A stretch of 60,764 nt of DNA, the filler included, from Platydemus manokwari (taxonomy: Eukaryota), in NCBI GenBank assembly GCA_037951405.1. It is 6 parts of 6 records of this genome, joined end to end, with 100 filler letters (N's around TTAATTAATTAA, not from the genome) between each part and the next. Parts side by side here need not be neighbours in the genome. Positions count along the whole stretch, not along the records: positions 1 to 10,177 come from JBBMOY011160992.1; positions 10,278 to 21,955 come from JBBMOY010529996.1; 4 more parts are not named here. One strand, written 5' to 3'. Made by a program: the position numbers and the translations under genes. The stretch's first letter is position 1; each line of letters starts with the position of its first letter. Below are positions 1 through 14,129 of this stretch, in pieces. The notes under the pieces were generated by a model. That model was given only the letters and a program-made list of their open reading frames with translations, was not told the origin of the DNA and searched no databases.

Positions 1-1419
1 TTTACTTCGTTTTGATTTTAATATGTTTACCATTTCCAAAATTTTGTTATAAATCATAAATACAATTTATTATTCTATTTTTATAAAATATAATATGTAT
101 GGTAATTGATCTGCACAAACCAATATCGTCTGTCAGTATACAATATTTTCAGACATGTCTATTTAATATTTAAAATAATAATAATATAATTGTATGAACT
201 ATAAATAGTTTAATATAATATAACGAATATTTTACCGTTGATTTTTATTTTTCAAAATTATATTCACAAATTTCACAAAATCATTTTCAATTCAACCACC
301 TTGATACCAACCATCGACATGTGACAAAATGAAAATAATATATATCAATCGTCAAAAGTGATTAATCCACATCCAATCGCCCGCGTGTCTACAAAATATT
401 TAATGATTATTCTAATATTAGTATAAATTTTAAGATTTATCATTGAAAACAAAAACCGAAATCTATCCGCTTTGCAATTATAGTGAGATTAACTGTTAAT
501 AGTTTCACAGTGTTATTTAGAATGCTGAATGAATTAGACAAAGATTTTCGTCAAAGACAAAACGTTATAAATTTCTTTATTATGATGAGTCAATTATGCT
601 AATGAAACCCACCAAAAAAAAATCTGCAGCTAGTGGAGAAAAAATCCGAGAAATTATAATTAAACAATTATAGACAAAGACAACTGATTATCAAAGACCA
701 GACGACGTTATTCGCGAAATATTGGACGAAATAACAAAATTTGAAATAAAATCACTATTTAGCTAAGGTTTAATATTCTGTCACTTTGCATACAATGAAT
801 GAATGAAATATATTTATTTATGTGACTCCATATTCCAATACAGATGGTACAGATTAAAGAATTATTTGGTACAAATTTGGAAGATAAAAAGACCTGAGAA
901 TAGATTTCGGTAAATTTGTTATTACTATTATCTACAAAATATTATGATTTAGTTCATGAAATGAAAAGATCAAATCGTTAAAAACCGAACAGATGGTCCA
1001 CTGACAAGCATTTCTATTTATTACCATCAGATTAGAACTGGATTCTCACAAATTCATCGTTTAATCTATCGCTTTTCATGAAGTCGAAATTTGTCAATTC
1101 TTGTTTTGATTGTCATCCCCATAACACCATATATCTGTGGCAGTTTAAATTCATTCCATCCACCAATAAATAACCTATCACAAATTCTTATTTTTATAAA
1201 CTTATGAAGAATCTTGTTTATTTTTAACCAATGATTTATTTTGTTAGTTAGATTAACACCAGTATCCGGATTACATGCGATAATAAATACTAGATTTATG
1301 AATGTAATTCATTGAATGCCATTGTTCAGGATATAGGTCAAACAAATTTCATTTTTAAAGGGATATTTGTCCGTGAATGATGTTGGCTAACTCAGCACTT
1401 ATTTCAGTATTTAATTCAT

Positions 1420-1780
1420 TTTAAATAAATCGAAACAGTTTCATTTACATTCGTTTCAATGTCGATGTTATAAATTTCAATGGGTTTTAAATATATTTGA
1501 TAGAGATGAATCGTCAAAATGTATTTAAGTGTGAAAAATACAACGCTGACATTTTTTCTAAATTTATGCGTCATTTAGCTTTACCAGTTTTCTGTATTTC
1601 TTTAAATGTTTTATCTTGTTTTCCTACTATTCTTGTAAATATAAGCACTTTCGTCATTAGTTATTGAAAATTGTCAGGTGGTGTTATAATCCCAAATGAC
1701 ATCCTTGTGAAACAAAGTACTATAATAATAATGCCTTCGTACTGGACTTTGCACTGACGAATGTAAATCTATGAAATATA
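1420..1780 (-). mobile_element. Highly degenerate Gypsy/Ty3 reverse-transcriptase remnant
   Basis: Minus-strand translation gives FTRMSFGIITPPDNFQ, resembling the Gypsy RT motif F.RMPFGL.NAP..FQ. A downstream N..KC-like motif is present, with many stops and frameshifts. Confidence 0.45.
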
Positions 1781-2334
1781 TTAACGGCTTACCAACAAAT
1801 TGTGATAAATGTGATCGAACGAAACATTCTACGAGTTAATGTATATACTCTATTTTAAAATGCGATAAATATGGTATACCTGGACATAAGAAAGACTTAT
1901 GTAACTTGAGCAACAAGTAGATGACGAACGAATAAGATTAGAACAATGCATACTCGACAGGAACATTGTAATGTAATACTCATCGCTAATACTTACAATA
2001 AGCCTAGATCACACCTTTTACTAACCGAGAGGAAAGAAATAGGCATGCACTATAATCTAGAAAAAATTCTTCGGCCAACGCAGCCTATATTTCTCTCAAA
2101 GGTACACTTTCTAATCTGGTCTCAGTCACCAATCTCACAATAGGTACACAAAACATACTAGCGGCAAAAGCCGCCGATAACTCTGATATAGGTCATCAGA
2201 CCTTATATAACCAGGATCATACTTGAGAATGAGAATCCCAAGTCTATCTACAGTATTGAGTTACTGAGAGCACTCAACACAGAGAACATGCTAGACACAA
2301 TTGAAATGACAAAAGAATAGATAAAATCAAAAAC

Positions 2335-3340
2335 TATTCGGTTGTTGCATAAGTTCCCGCCGATTTTTAAACATTTATTTTCAAAGAAATCAAAGAATTT
2401 TAACAGCGAAAATAATAACACTTCAATCAATTATATACTCTTTTTCACTGTTCACTAGTTCTTCCCATCTTTCCATCGGCCTGTTTATTCCATTTCGCCA
2501 GACACCCTTAGGCCGAGTCTCGAAGTAGTTGTTGAGCCAATTCTCAAGATGATCCTGATTTTCGAAGCTAAAACCCGTTATTTCATTTTAAAAGCAACAG
2601 AAGAGATGATAATCGGTCTGGCCGACGTTTGATGAATACGGAGGATGTTTTATGACCTCCCAACCGTGCTCTTTGAGTGCCATCTTGACAGTTTTTGCTG
2701 TGTATGGTCGAGTATTGTCATGGACGAGGATCACTTGGACTTGTCGATCCGGTCTTTTTAGTTAAATTGTCTCATTGACTCGATTATTCTCTACTTTCAT
2801 GTTCATTCCAAGTATTTACCAGTGGATTAGACCTTTCCAATCCCTCCATATGCAAATCATTATATTTCTTTCCCGGACTCACCTACTCTTTGCTTTGCTT
2901 CTTATTCACATAGACACCATTTCTCGTCTCCAGTGACTATAATGAATAAGAAATGTTTCCTGTGGTCATAGTTTCCTTGATGTCTTCCCAGAATTTGTCC
3001 AGCAATGGAAAGCCACTTGTCCTTAAGTTTTGATTGAGTTCATGTGGGATTCGAGATTTTGAGTGAAGCCCATCGGCTAAAGGCGGTGTGTAATTATTGC
3101 AAAATCACAATTCATCTTTTTTCAAAATTCTCTGCATATCTGACAGTCATCTTCTTTCAAAAGATACGTGATTTAGTCCGCAGTCGTTGCGACTGGCCTT
3201 CCTGAACTAGGAGAGTCTTTGAGGTCGAAATTACCGTGTTTAAGCCTGGCAAACCAATCCCGAGCAGTTCTCTGAGCTAGAGCGTCCTCTTCATACACGG
3301 CACAAATATCTCTGGCACTATCACTCGATGTTGACCTAGA
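2335..3340 (-). mobile_element. Degenerate mariner (DD34D) transposon, 5'-truncated
   Basis: Minus-strand motifs in order: ARDWFARLKHGNFDLKDSPSSGRP, (W>R)IPHELN, VTGDEKW, ILVHDNTRPYTA, PPYSSNVGQTDYHLF. A mariner-type TIR (TATTCGGTTGTTGCATAAGTT) starts at about 2335. Confidence 0.92.
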
Positions 3341-3689
3341 TTAAGGACCTCGAATTAATTAATTTCAAGTCAGGGATTTTAACCACTTGCAATTGTTTCT
3401 GCATTCTAATATTATTGTCTATCTTGAATAATAGTCATTTATTACTTGCAGCGTGTTTTCCCCGATTCGATTAATTATAATTTACTGATTTCCCTATGAG
3501 TGACTGTCGATGAATCGTGGGTGATTAGGTATCGTTTTTCGTATTATTATTTGTGGTTGCATCTTCTTATTATTATTGCTTTAGTAATTTCGATAAAACT
3601 ATTCCAAGTGACACTCTGAGATATATTGGTCTTCCTGATCTTTATTAAATGACTAGAAAATAATTCCTAGTTTTAAGAACATTATAAAT

Positions 3690-4720
3690 CATTTTTACAA
3701 AATATGAGTTAAATCACTAAAATTTATTTAAATAAATTGTTTTCTTCATAAATCACTTATTTAAACATATTTTATTTTAACACACTACTGACTTCTCCTT
3801 AAGGCTTTTCCATTTCTGAACAACTTTATCCAATGGATTTTATCACACGAGGAAATGTGATCCGCAATTGTTGATATGAGACGAATTCGGTAATTCTATA
3901 AGGGGCTTAATACTGGTATCTGTTCTTCAACTTATCGGAATTTATTCGATCCGTATTTCTTATTCCGACAGGGTCGTCATCCTCGTTGGCCTATCTCTAT
4001 CTAAGATGAAATTCTGCTCTGAAGCTACCGGTTCAGGGTTTTGTGTCTTGAGAGAGTGTGGTAGTTTAAAATTATTTTCCTCAGTGCTCTCACGTACAGG
4101 ATTGGCTTTTTGATAGAGGGGCTTATTTCACTGGTTGCTTCTTCTTGTTTTCAGAGCATGAGCATAATTGTCACTATCGATTACGTTGACATATTGGGAA
4201 TCCAGTTGTAGACTTTGTTCTCGATTATCGAAGATCTTTGCAGGGTTCCTATCTTCCAATATACCCATGTCTGGTTTAAGGGTAGAATGTTTTTCTAGTC
4301 AAATTGATATTGTGCTTTTGCTAATGATATCTTTCACTAAGGAATCTTAATTCAATCCGGAATTCATTATTACCTCAACTATTCTGAGGACTTTTATTTC
4401 GAAGGTGGCAAATTGTTCCTTCTTTGATTGTTGAATTTATTGCAAGTAAAACCATAATTATAGATTTTTTAATGTGAAAGTTTCTACAAACAAAGATTAA
4501 ACTGACTGTTCCGTGGTCTCATCGGATTTTAAATTTTTCCACAATATGTCTGCTCCGTCCGAAAGGTGTAAGTAGGAGCATGGTGTCTTGGATGCACTTT
4601 GTGGTCTCATTTTCATTTCTTCCATCGAATTTTCGGATTTTGAAATTCAGTGTTTACTGCGATTGTTTTGTCATGCTCCCCGATTATTGCTTCTTCTGTT
4701 ACTGTATGAAGGTTTTGTTA
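3690..4720 (-). mobile_element. Internally deleted Gypsy LTR retrotransposon (gag, integrase C-terminus, PPT/LTR remnant)
   Basis: The gag segment is homologous to 58300-58960 (e.g. ..QKPLNFKIRKFDG..). The integrase tail resembles 7470-7600 (PYRI). The PPT-like cttctccttaagg near 3792 resembles those of the other copies. Confidence 0.75.
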
Positions 4721-7038
4721 ACAATTTATAATTATCAGTAAACTTTATAAATAAATAACATCAGACAGCCTCATAAAAAATTATCACAACTGTGCAACTT
4801 CTCTATCTCTTAATCTGCAACAAGAGTAATCCGAAATACAAATGAAAATCATTACTAAAAATATAAATTTATAAAGATTTAGAAGGTTACAGTTTGTCAA
4901 ATTACCAAACCTCGTGACTACACACGAAATTAAATAATTATTTAAAATTCGGTCATATATTCAAATCAATAGTCATTTCATTTATTTCTTCTAATTGGAC
5001 CTTTTTCTTATCACGGAAAAAGCGTCTATGACACTCGGTTAAAACACAATTCATAACTTTACCTTATCGGTTTTCATATTTACAATTCACTGCGACCAAC
5101 ACGCAGTTGAAACTAAAATTGATTATTAATAAATGTTGGTGTTGAAAGAATCTTTTAAAATCTGACGCAATTTTTTGGTGATTGATAAAAATTAGATTGT
5201 TAATAATAAAATAAAAACATCTCTATAAGTGGTCTATAAATTTAATTATTCTCACAACAGTTATTAAACTTAGGCACCCATTGGAATACACTTGTAATGT
5301 TCAATGAGTCCAATAAACAATAATAATTTAACAGAATCATAAATTTTCGATGTCAAAATTTACAATTGTGACCAAATGTTCTATTATTTTCATTTTAGCA
5401 ATATATCTTGTTGCAAGGAGCTGGGATTTATTTGATTTCAAAATCCAGGTGGCTTCCAAATTTCGTCCGGTATGTTTTGAATTTATTGAATATAATACAC
5501 ATGTATATATGTGTGTATGTATGCGAGAGAGAGTATGCTTATGGCAATTAATCAATAGTCATTTAATTGTGTTATTGTTCAGAAATTGTTTTGATTTAAA
5601 CGGCCTCGAGAATTCAATAAATAAAAACCAGAATTTAAACACTCTGCATTATCTATTTTTATTTGGTAGATATATTCCGTCATTCCTTGCATAAAAAGCA
5701 CAGAAAGTGAGATTTTAAATATTCGATACGCAGCTCTTATAGATCAACTGAAATGATTAACGAGATATCTTCCCATTCTTCTCGCTTACGACAGAGTTCA
5801 AATCTAGCTAAAAGACATGTTCGATGTAATTTCAGAAGTCAATTTTTTGACCAATGATCTTCTTTCATCAAATTTCTATGCCATGCTTGTTTCACAAAAA
5901 CGTAACTTGTTTCAATAACCAATAAATTCTGTAAGAACAACAAAATGGTATTTAAAAATAATCGTATATTAAATAACCCAATAATCAGTCATAGCGAATG
6001 TCGTTCGAGGCATTTATTAAAAGTATATTAAAGAGGAAAATCAATAAATATATTTCGGGTTTTATTTCTGATTCAAATAATTAACAAATATATTCGACAT
6101 TAAATTCCGAAATCATTTAAAATATTCTTAATAATAATAAAAACATTAAGTAAACAGTGGAACAAAACTAAAGCACTGTACACTTCCAGTGCAATAGACT
6201 GTGAAAAGTAATTCAATGAAGCTGATAATTTTCTTATAGAATATTAGAAGTTGCTACAATTATTCGCAATATCGATTGAGAAATGCCGTCTATTGGCTGT
6301 TTTAATACCAAACCGAATCATAATCGTGAAATAATTTAATTTCGATAATCAATCAGCTGTGGAACAAAACATTAACAGATATACTACTGAATAATTATAA
6401 ATATGACCTCAAATCTATAGAAACAACTTGTACACACTCAATTTCTATTCTTGTATTAATTTTGAAAATCCTTAATTAATTTTTTTACAAATTCTGCTGT
6501 CAGAATATTATATGTTACTAAACGGTTTGTGTTTGAGTCTTTCTTTTTCCAAATTCATCCAATAATGATACGAATGTAAATTCTTCATCCTTCACGAAAA
6601 TTGATTTTGAGATATAAATAATGTTAAATATAGCTCACGAATTACTGATATTGTGATGTTTCAAAGGGAAAACAACTTGTAGTCAATCTTGTAATTTCAC
6701 AGTCACTTGGCCATTCAAACTTCAATTAAAAATTCTGATTTTATTATTCATAAACTATAATCATAGTATTTTTTTTTGGTAATTTTCTGCTTTCAATGCT
6801 TCTTTTTGTTATAAGTACTTTTGTAGAACTAGCTACTGTAAATGAAAAATAAGGCACCACCACAAGCACATTTAAGAGTTAATGTAAATAAATCATTTAT
6901 TGATTAAATAATCTAAGAAAAACTAAAACACGTGATAAAATTTAACTTTAATTTAACATTGGTCTCTTAATATTAATATTAATTAGATAAATAGCACCAA
7001 TATAAGTTTTAAAAAGTAAATAAAAAGAAATGCTAAAG

Positions 7039-7290
7039 TTAAAAAAGGGTCCCAAAATTAAATTTTAAATTTGCTGAGTCCATTGCAAAAATCTATATAG
7101 TTTATTTAATTATATTCTTTAAAAACATTTAGGATTTTTCATTGAGGTACTTCAGAAGAATTTTAGTTGTTTGAAATCAAATATTAAATTCATTGGAGCT
7201 TTAAAATCAACTAAAATTTGATTATTTGAAAAAGGATCAAAATAGGACTAATTGCAACTTATTGAAAATTACCGAGGACCCCTTTTTAAC
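7039..7290. mobile_element. Non-autonomous TIR element (MITE-like)
   Basis: Imperfect inverted repeats of about 45 bp: ttaaaaaagggtccc...tgagtcc and ggacta...gaggacccctttttaa, with TTAA at both ends. Confidence 0.4.
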
Positions 7291-7314
7291 ATTAAAACAT
7301 TAAAAATCGAGAGA

Positions 7315-8345
7315 AGTTATGCCATAAGCAAATTCAGGCATAATATTTATTTGAAAAACTACACCAATACGCAAATCAATTATTTAAACGAATACCACGT
7401 GTTTCTTTATTTAATCACGTTACTCGTATTCTCTTAAGGCCTGCTCCACCGTTTCAGCCACTCTAATCATCAGGATTTTATCGCATGAGGAAATTGAATC
7501 TCCGCTTGTCTGTCTGACTTGAATCCAGTAATTCGATAGGGGCCTTCGTACTGGTATCCATTTTTCTTCCTCTTGTGGGGATCTACACGAACTAGCACCT
7601 TCTCTCCCACCTGAAAAGCTCGATGTGTTCTTTTTCCCCTGTCTCGGTTAGACATTATGTCTGCTGCCACCTTAGAATTTTCTCTAGCTGCTGCAATATC
7701 ATCTCGAGTTTGATTTTTGTAGCTCACATCTGTAAGAACATTCATCTTCCGTTCGTAGATTATCTTGAAAGACGAGAACTTCGTTGTTGACTGATGTGTT
7801 GCGTTGATGCAGAACTTTCCGCTAGCCCGTTCGATTGATGCTGGTATGGTGAGCTGAATTCTTGTTTGATACCCAATTTTGAACACGTTTCTCTCATAAA
7901 TTTGCCTCCAAATTGTTTCCCGCTTTTCAAAACGAGTTCACAATGGCCTGGAAGATTGTCTTTTTGTCTTGCTTAGACGTAGCAGTGAAGCTCACTAGCT
8001 TGATGCATCTGTCTATAATAACTACTAGGTACTTCTTGTTTCTATGCATCGTGTCCATTTGTGCAATGTCCACCACGATTTGCTCTTGAAACTCAGAGCC
8101 TAACCGAGGGAGCAGAAACTCCTTAGTTCTCGATTGATCAATCTTTCTCTTTGCACATATAATACATTCTTTCAGTATCTCTTTGATGGTGTTGAACATG
8201 TCTGGCCAATAAAAACTGTGGTTCAAATATGCCAAGGTTTTCTTTGAGCCTAAGTGGCAGAGCTCCTCGTGAATTGTCTTGACAAATTGAGCTGCAAAAT
8301 CTTTGTGTATTATAGTAGCTAAGTCTTTCTCTTTTCCAGAATCAG
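7315..8345 (-). mobile_element. Gypsy LTR retrotransposon 3' part: integrase, PPT and about 110-bp 3' LTR (7315-7424)
   Basis: HEELCHLG...C..C zinc finger, VVDIAQM...YLVVIID core and GPY/F tail (YEGPYRI). The LTR matches 57240-57321 and 58972-59082. Confidence 0.9.
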
Positions 8346-8859
8346 TGTGTGTTTTAATTTGTGGTATTTTAACTTGATGACATTCTTATCAAGGTTCGTT
8401 ATTTTGGTTTTAGATTCCTTTTTGTGATTTAAACTTGGTTTTATAAACTTTTTTAGACCGAAAACTTTCTGCGATTTCATTTTGGTGTAAACTGTGACTC
8501 ATAGTTTAAAACTGAGTTTCTGTTTATTATAATTTATGATTCGTTATTTAATATATACAACATATTCGATTTTCGTTTATTGGTAATGATCTATATATTT
8601 GTCGAAACCAGCTCATGTATTTTGACTTGTTTCCATATTTCACTGGTTACCCGTGGTATTTGTTCTTTTCTATCTATGTACACAAAATCATTGATGAGAA
8701 TCCAATCAACTATAACAATTATAAAGATTTACGATTGTCAGTCAGTATTTTTCCATCACATTTGTCTGTGCGAAAATGTGCTATATCGTGATGGAATTTA
8801 TCACAGACTCCAGAACGGTTTTTTTTATTTTCAAATAAGACTGTAACTGTGGATAGGAT

Positions 8860-9790
8860 TGACTCCAAACTCATTTAGAAAACCTTGAGGAATTAATCTT
8901 CCAATTTTAAGAAATTATTGTTTTAATAATAATTATTTAATACACGTGGTTTTATTTATTACTGATATCGATTATCACTTCTACCAGTATGAGTAGAATC
9001 ATAATTATAAATATCAGATCTATCTATTGACCTCAATTGATCTTTACTACCACTGATTCCACTCCATATTACAAACCAAACTCAGCGTGATAATATTGAC
9101 CCGATCGAGTATATTATTAATTTCCCCGATGAAGTATAATTGGAAAATTATTACAAAATAATAATTCGACGTTATCTGGATATATTGTTATAAACAGAAT
9201 TCTAATTTCCGATGTTTTTATTAAAAAATTAAATTTATAATCAATTGTTTTTCGGTGATAATACAAATTCCCAATGAAAAGGATGAAAAACTGAAAATAA
9301 AAACCGATATTTTCGTTGTAGAATCGTGCAATTAAATGAAATAAAATAGAATCGACATCATGATTTTAATCCGGTTTTATTTATACCAGATACTAAAATA
9401 CTCTTTTGTTCTTCATATTATAAGAAAATATGGAATCAATTACGATTTCGTTGATGATTGTTTTCGATTCAGTCGTTCATGTCCTTTGATGTAATTATTA
9501 AGACCAAATTAAGATTGCATTTCCCGTCCATTTGAAAGTCGGATTAAATTTTTTATTAAAGATTGTTCGATGTTTTGAATCATAAGAGAAGATATGTGGG
9601 AATATATGGAAGATTGTTTTAAATATCAATGATGAATTTCAAATTGCTCTCAGATGATTTCATGTTCGTAAATTGATAATGATATTTATCTTAAGGAAAA
9701 AAATAATTTTGAAAATCTTAATCGAATCAAAAGAAGTGCAGATTCTGAGCTGAGAAATAAAACTAATTTAGTAAGCTTTTATTATCACTA
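8860..9790 (-). pseudogene. Putative decayed class A GPCR remnant (TM3-TM6)
   Basis: Minus-strand fragments in GPCR order, broken by stops and frameshifts: KLTKLVLFLSSESALLLIRLRFSKLFFSLR (TM3/ICL2-like), NNLPY (TM4), DSILF...FFILFIGNL (TM5), IRILF...FCNNFP (TM6). Confidence 0.35.
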
Positions 9791-10119
9791 TTTTCAGAAA
9801 CTATGAAATAATAATTATTTAATTAAATAGTAAACTACCATTATAATTATAATGAAGATGTCACCAAATAGATATATTTAGAACTCCTTTCTAGTCACTT
9901 GACAGAATCTTGAATTAAACTAAACGGTGTTCCTTTTGCAATTGGATTTCTGTTCAATATCAAAAAATTCTTTCCACCAATAATTGTCATTAATATAATA
10001 TTATTGAGAGGTATTTCTTTATTCTTAAGTCTTTTGCCTTTAACTTCTAATAGTGTATTATAAACAAGTCGTTGATGACATCTGAAGCATGTTGAAACTG
10101 AAACTAGAATTATAAAACG

Positions 10120-10177
10120 ATTATGATTATGATTATGATTATGATTATTATGATTATGATTATGATTATTATTATTA
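10120..10177. repeat. (ATTATG)n/(ATT)n microsatellite at a contig end
   Basis: Direct reading of the sequence. Confidence 0.95.
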
Positions 10178-10277
10178 NNNNNNNNNNNNNNNNNNNNNNN
10201 NNNNNNNNNNNNNNNNNNNNNTTAATTAATTAANNNNNNNNNNNNNNNNNNNNNNNNNNNNNNNNNNNNNNNNNNNN
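10178..10277. other. Artificial assembly spacer N44-TTAATTAATTAA-N44 (also at about 21956-22055, 31048-31146, 40461-40560 and 51358-51457)
   Basis: The identical 12-mer, which has stop codons in all six frames, is centred in a roughly 100-bp N run and occurs five times. Confidence 0.95.
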
Positions 10278-10350
10278 TCACATGTTCTTGGAATAAATCT
10301 TGACAATTGCATTTTCTCTTACTGCAACCATTTTATTGATGAATATTTAG

Positions 10351-13300
10351 AAATCCTTGTCGGTCTCTCTAATAGAAACCGTTGGAGTGTTAAAGAAAAA
10401 TGTAATTACAAACCTATCGACGGATTTGAAAGACTCAATGAATTATGGACTCTTCATTCCACCGACGGACGGTAAGGCCGGTAAATTTCTTCTCGAGGAA
10501 CGACCATTAAGTGATTATGGACTGCATCAGACCCATCAAATCATCGAGGTGAATGATTTGTTGATATCAATTGATAATATTGAAAAGCTACATTTAATAA
10601 TTATCACTGCGAACCATCAAAAGTTTCATCAACCAAATTGACAGCTGTAAAAATTGAAGAATTTAATAAGCCAGATGGTATTCTTAATGGAATTTCGACT
10701 CCTTTGTACACACAAGGAATCTTTTGATATTATTATGAAAATAGTTCAATATATATATATATAACTCAACTCAATTTTATCAAAACACAATAATAATCGA
10801 TATTTCATTAATTTCTGATAAAACTCTAATTAATTTTGGCATGGTGTTTTCAGAAATTAATTTTTAACCATAAAATATATAATCGATAATGAAATTGTCA
10901 TAAATGCAAGCATCGGACTCAGATCCCGTGCTTGTTTCGATTTCATTTTAATTTAACGTTTCGTCTCGATACCATTCACTTGCTTTGACCTTATGAATAT
11001 ATCGATTTTAACAAATTTGAATATCTATGACATTGTAGAATAGTAGAATAGACAGGGTTGGACATGTTTCAATGTTGGTCTCAATTATTATAAGACAACT
11101 GATGAGTCATCGGTCATTTGCTTTGTCAAGTACTGTACACACATCGTACACCTAATTTATACACACATTTCTCTCTCACATGCATGCTCCACTCATACAC
11201 CTCTTACACATAAGCAATATCGATAACAGATCGAATTTCCCAATGAAAATAATACCATAGATTATTTCTATTATTAATAATCACTTTTATTTCCATCTAG
11301 TTACGTTACAAGCGTCGACTCTATCGAGGCTCGAATATCAACATTACCAAACTGAAAAAGCTTCATTCTAAAGTAAATCAATCGTTTATTGAATTTGATT
11401 GGTGATAATGTTTCCATTAAATCCAGACCAATTTGAAGCTCTTCATGGATTATGTGGGCAATGGCGATATCTTAAAAGTTGCCAAGCTGCTTAATAAAGG
11501 TGTCGATCCAAATTTCCAGATTAAAGAAACCGGAGGTTATTTGTGTTTTGAACAGTTGTTTGGAGAATTTGTTTAAATATTTACTAGAAACACCATTGAT
11601 AAAAGCGTGCAGTTTAAATCAACCGGTAGAAATAATAAAAGTTTTAGTGGAAGGAGGAGCCCACCTGGATTATCGTCATAGTAACGGACACACACCGTTG
11701 CATGCTGCAGCTATTTTAGGCAATTTAGAAGCTGTAAAGGTAGATAACACGATAATTGTTTGTAACGAATTAACCAATCAAAATCGAGATATATTAATAA
11801 AATATTTATAAAGAAATACCATTTAACAATTATATTGATTAATTATTGATTAATTAATTATTTTGGATTGTTTATTTTCAATCGGCTAATATTTTATTTC
11901 TTCATTAAATCGACATTGATTTTTATATATTTTTATTTTCAATATAAAAGATTGTTTAAATTAATACCGTGGCCATCGATTAGAAGGCATTTTTATTCCC
12001 GTCAAATAAAGAATAACATGTTTACATTTTATGAAAATTAAAACAAAAAGGAAACAGTACAGTTTTTACAGACTATTTTCCCGTTTTCTCTGTTTATTGA
12101 ACGTAATACAATTCTACTGTTGATTCAGCCGTTCCTATTCCTTTCACAGACCCACTGAAAAGCTGAACACTAGCTGGAATATAATATTAAAATTCGAGAT
12201 GAACCAGATTACTGATTTCGTGCGGCACTTTCAAGACAACAAAAATAATAAAAAAAATAATCACATTGTGTAAATTATGGTATTTACAACATTGGTTCGA
12301 TAAATTTATCCAGGTGAACGGTCTGGCACGGGTGAATATTGTGAATCGAATATGAGTGAATCGTTTTAATTATTCAATTCTAATCTCTCCGATTGATTGA
12401 TTCTGAATCGTTTGTTTTAATCTATTGTTTATCGATTATAACGTATCTATTAATTTCGAAATTTTATTGATTACTTTAATAAAAAAATCGCTGCTAATAA
12501 GACCATGGTAAAATGCAGAGTTGATTCCAATGTTGTGATGAAATTGTTGATGTTTTTTGACGTGGCGATATCGATAAAATTTGAGCTGTAATTTTCCAAT
12601 AGATTTGCTTTCAGCTTTCTGATATCTCTGTGAAAACATAATTAAGCGTAAAAGGAAGCAATAACGGAAATAGGGATTATTGAATTGAAGAATATATAAT
12701 CAAATCTTTGAAGGGATTTAAAGATTTTTTTCATATATAAGAATAGATTAAATATTTTCCCGGAAAATACGTAAAAATTTGCGCATGATTTACATTTTGA
12801 TAATGAATTCCAGAGTTTTTTCGATTGATTTCGATTACAAAATATTATTTTGTTTGTGAAGAATAATATAAAATATCCACGAATTAAGGAGGGGAGAATA
12901 TGTCGATATATTCCCGATTGATCGGATTTTTCAGTTGGATCAGTGTCTAAAATGATGATCGACATATTATCAATTCATTCACACTACCTTATTGATTGTG
13001 AGAAATATCCTTTTAATCGAGGAATCGTTTACAGTATTTTCCGTACTATAAGGTGCGCCTTAAAACAGATTTTTAGGATTTATTAAGACCGAAATATGAA
13101 AAAAAGATGATGATGATGTTAATATAAGCGAAAGTGACATTGTAGATGATGAAGCACATTAAATCTTGCGATACGTTTTTAATTTAATTTAATATATTGA
13201 TCAGTCAACTCATAGTTAGTGTGCGCCTTATAGACCGGAAAATACGGTACTGTTTATTTCATTACTTTATGAATAAAAATAGATATTTTCTCTTAAACAC

Positions 13301-13620
13301 ATCGTCACAGTTACAACGACATCCTACTCATGTAGTAGATTTCGATCGATCAGTGATTATGTTAAGAAAACTAAAAATAATCATTTTTATCGGCTAATAA
13401 TTTTGTTCACGAAATAAATGTTTGAATATATTGATTTTTTTTATAATTTTAGGTTCTGCTTGATCTCGGTCAATCTCCGAACACAATCGATCTCGAAGGT
13501 CTCACTCCACTTTATCATTCGATTATTAGCGATCCAGCTTCAGCGTGTATTGAAAGATTACTATTCGATTACTCGATCATTGGTGTTGAGGATGAAAATG
13601 GTCTCCAGGAAATTCATCAA
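10351..13620 (+). CDS. SHANK: Shank/ProSAP scaffold protein, partial (SPN/FERM-like N-terminal domain and ankyrin repeats); exons 10351-10548, 11301-11372, 11427-11535, 11588-11739, 13453-13620
   Basis: Spliced translation: NYGLFIPPTDGKAGKFLLEERPLSDY, LRYKRRLY...KLHSK, TNLKLFMDYV...GVDPNF, ETPL...GGAHLDYR..GHTPLH, LLDLGQSPN..D.EGLTPLYH...DENGLQEIHQ. All introns are GT-AG with consistent phases. Start and downstream exons were not found in the contig. Confidence 0.93.
11034..11228. mobile_element. Possible solo LTR inside a Shank intron
   Basis: TGT...ACA termini, a TATA-like motif and a CA-rich tract. No clear target-site duplication. Confidence 0.25.
12475..12965 (-). pseudogene. Putative class A GPCR remnant (TM4-TM6), antisense in a Shank intron
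   Basis: ORF 12642-12965 ends FDYIFFNSIIPISVIASFYA*. Reading through the stop continues in frame as LCFHRDIRKLKANL...FTMVLLAAIFLL, a TM5-ICL3-TM6 pattern. Confidence 0.45.
13030..13249. mobile_element. pogo/Tc2-type MITE
   Basis: TIRs tacagtattttccgtactataaggtgcgc and gtgcgccttatagaccggaaaatacggta, flanked by TA. Confidence 0.8.
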
Positions 13621-14129
13621 GTTTGTTTTGATGATAAAATATTTTGCACTGCATGTCTGAAAGTTGCATTGAAGCACAATCGGTATTAATCGATGAATTT
13701 CAATCGCAGATTATTGATAAAAATTAATGATATTACCAGTAATAATCGTTATATTTATTGATTTACAACTTGTCATCCACATATCGACTCTTTATCACTG
13801 TTTAGAAATTTACTCTTTCTACGAGCTCTCAATTATCATTGGGCTTGAGTTGCTATGATATTTGTTATTGATGATTATAATTATTCTTGGTTGGGATGGT
13901 TATATCCAAGGACTGTAATTATTTTAAAGTAAAATTAGTTTGATTATGTCGATATTTTTTGGAAATTTCTATTAGACAATCAATCGATAATAAAATAATC
14001 ATTATATATAATATTGGGAATAATATTAATCAATATAATAATAATAATTATTATAATAATATTATAATTATTATAACCAAACCTAAAAATGTCAATTTTT
14101 AATATAATATAATACTTTAATATTGATTA

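Noticed and set aside
10070-10108. Hammerhead-ribozyme-like TGATGA-stem-GAAA (a similar CTGATGAG occurs near 11099)
   Set aside because: The core C is missing and there is no convincing stem III or cleavage triplet. The second site lacks GAAA.
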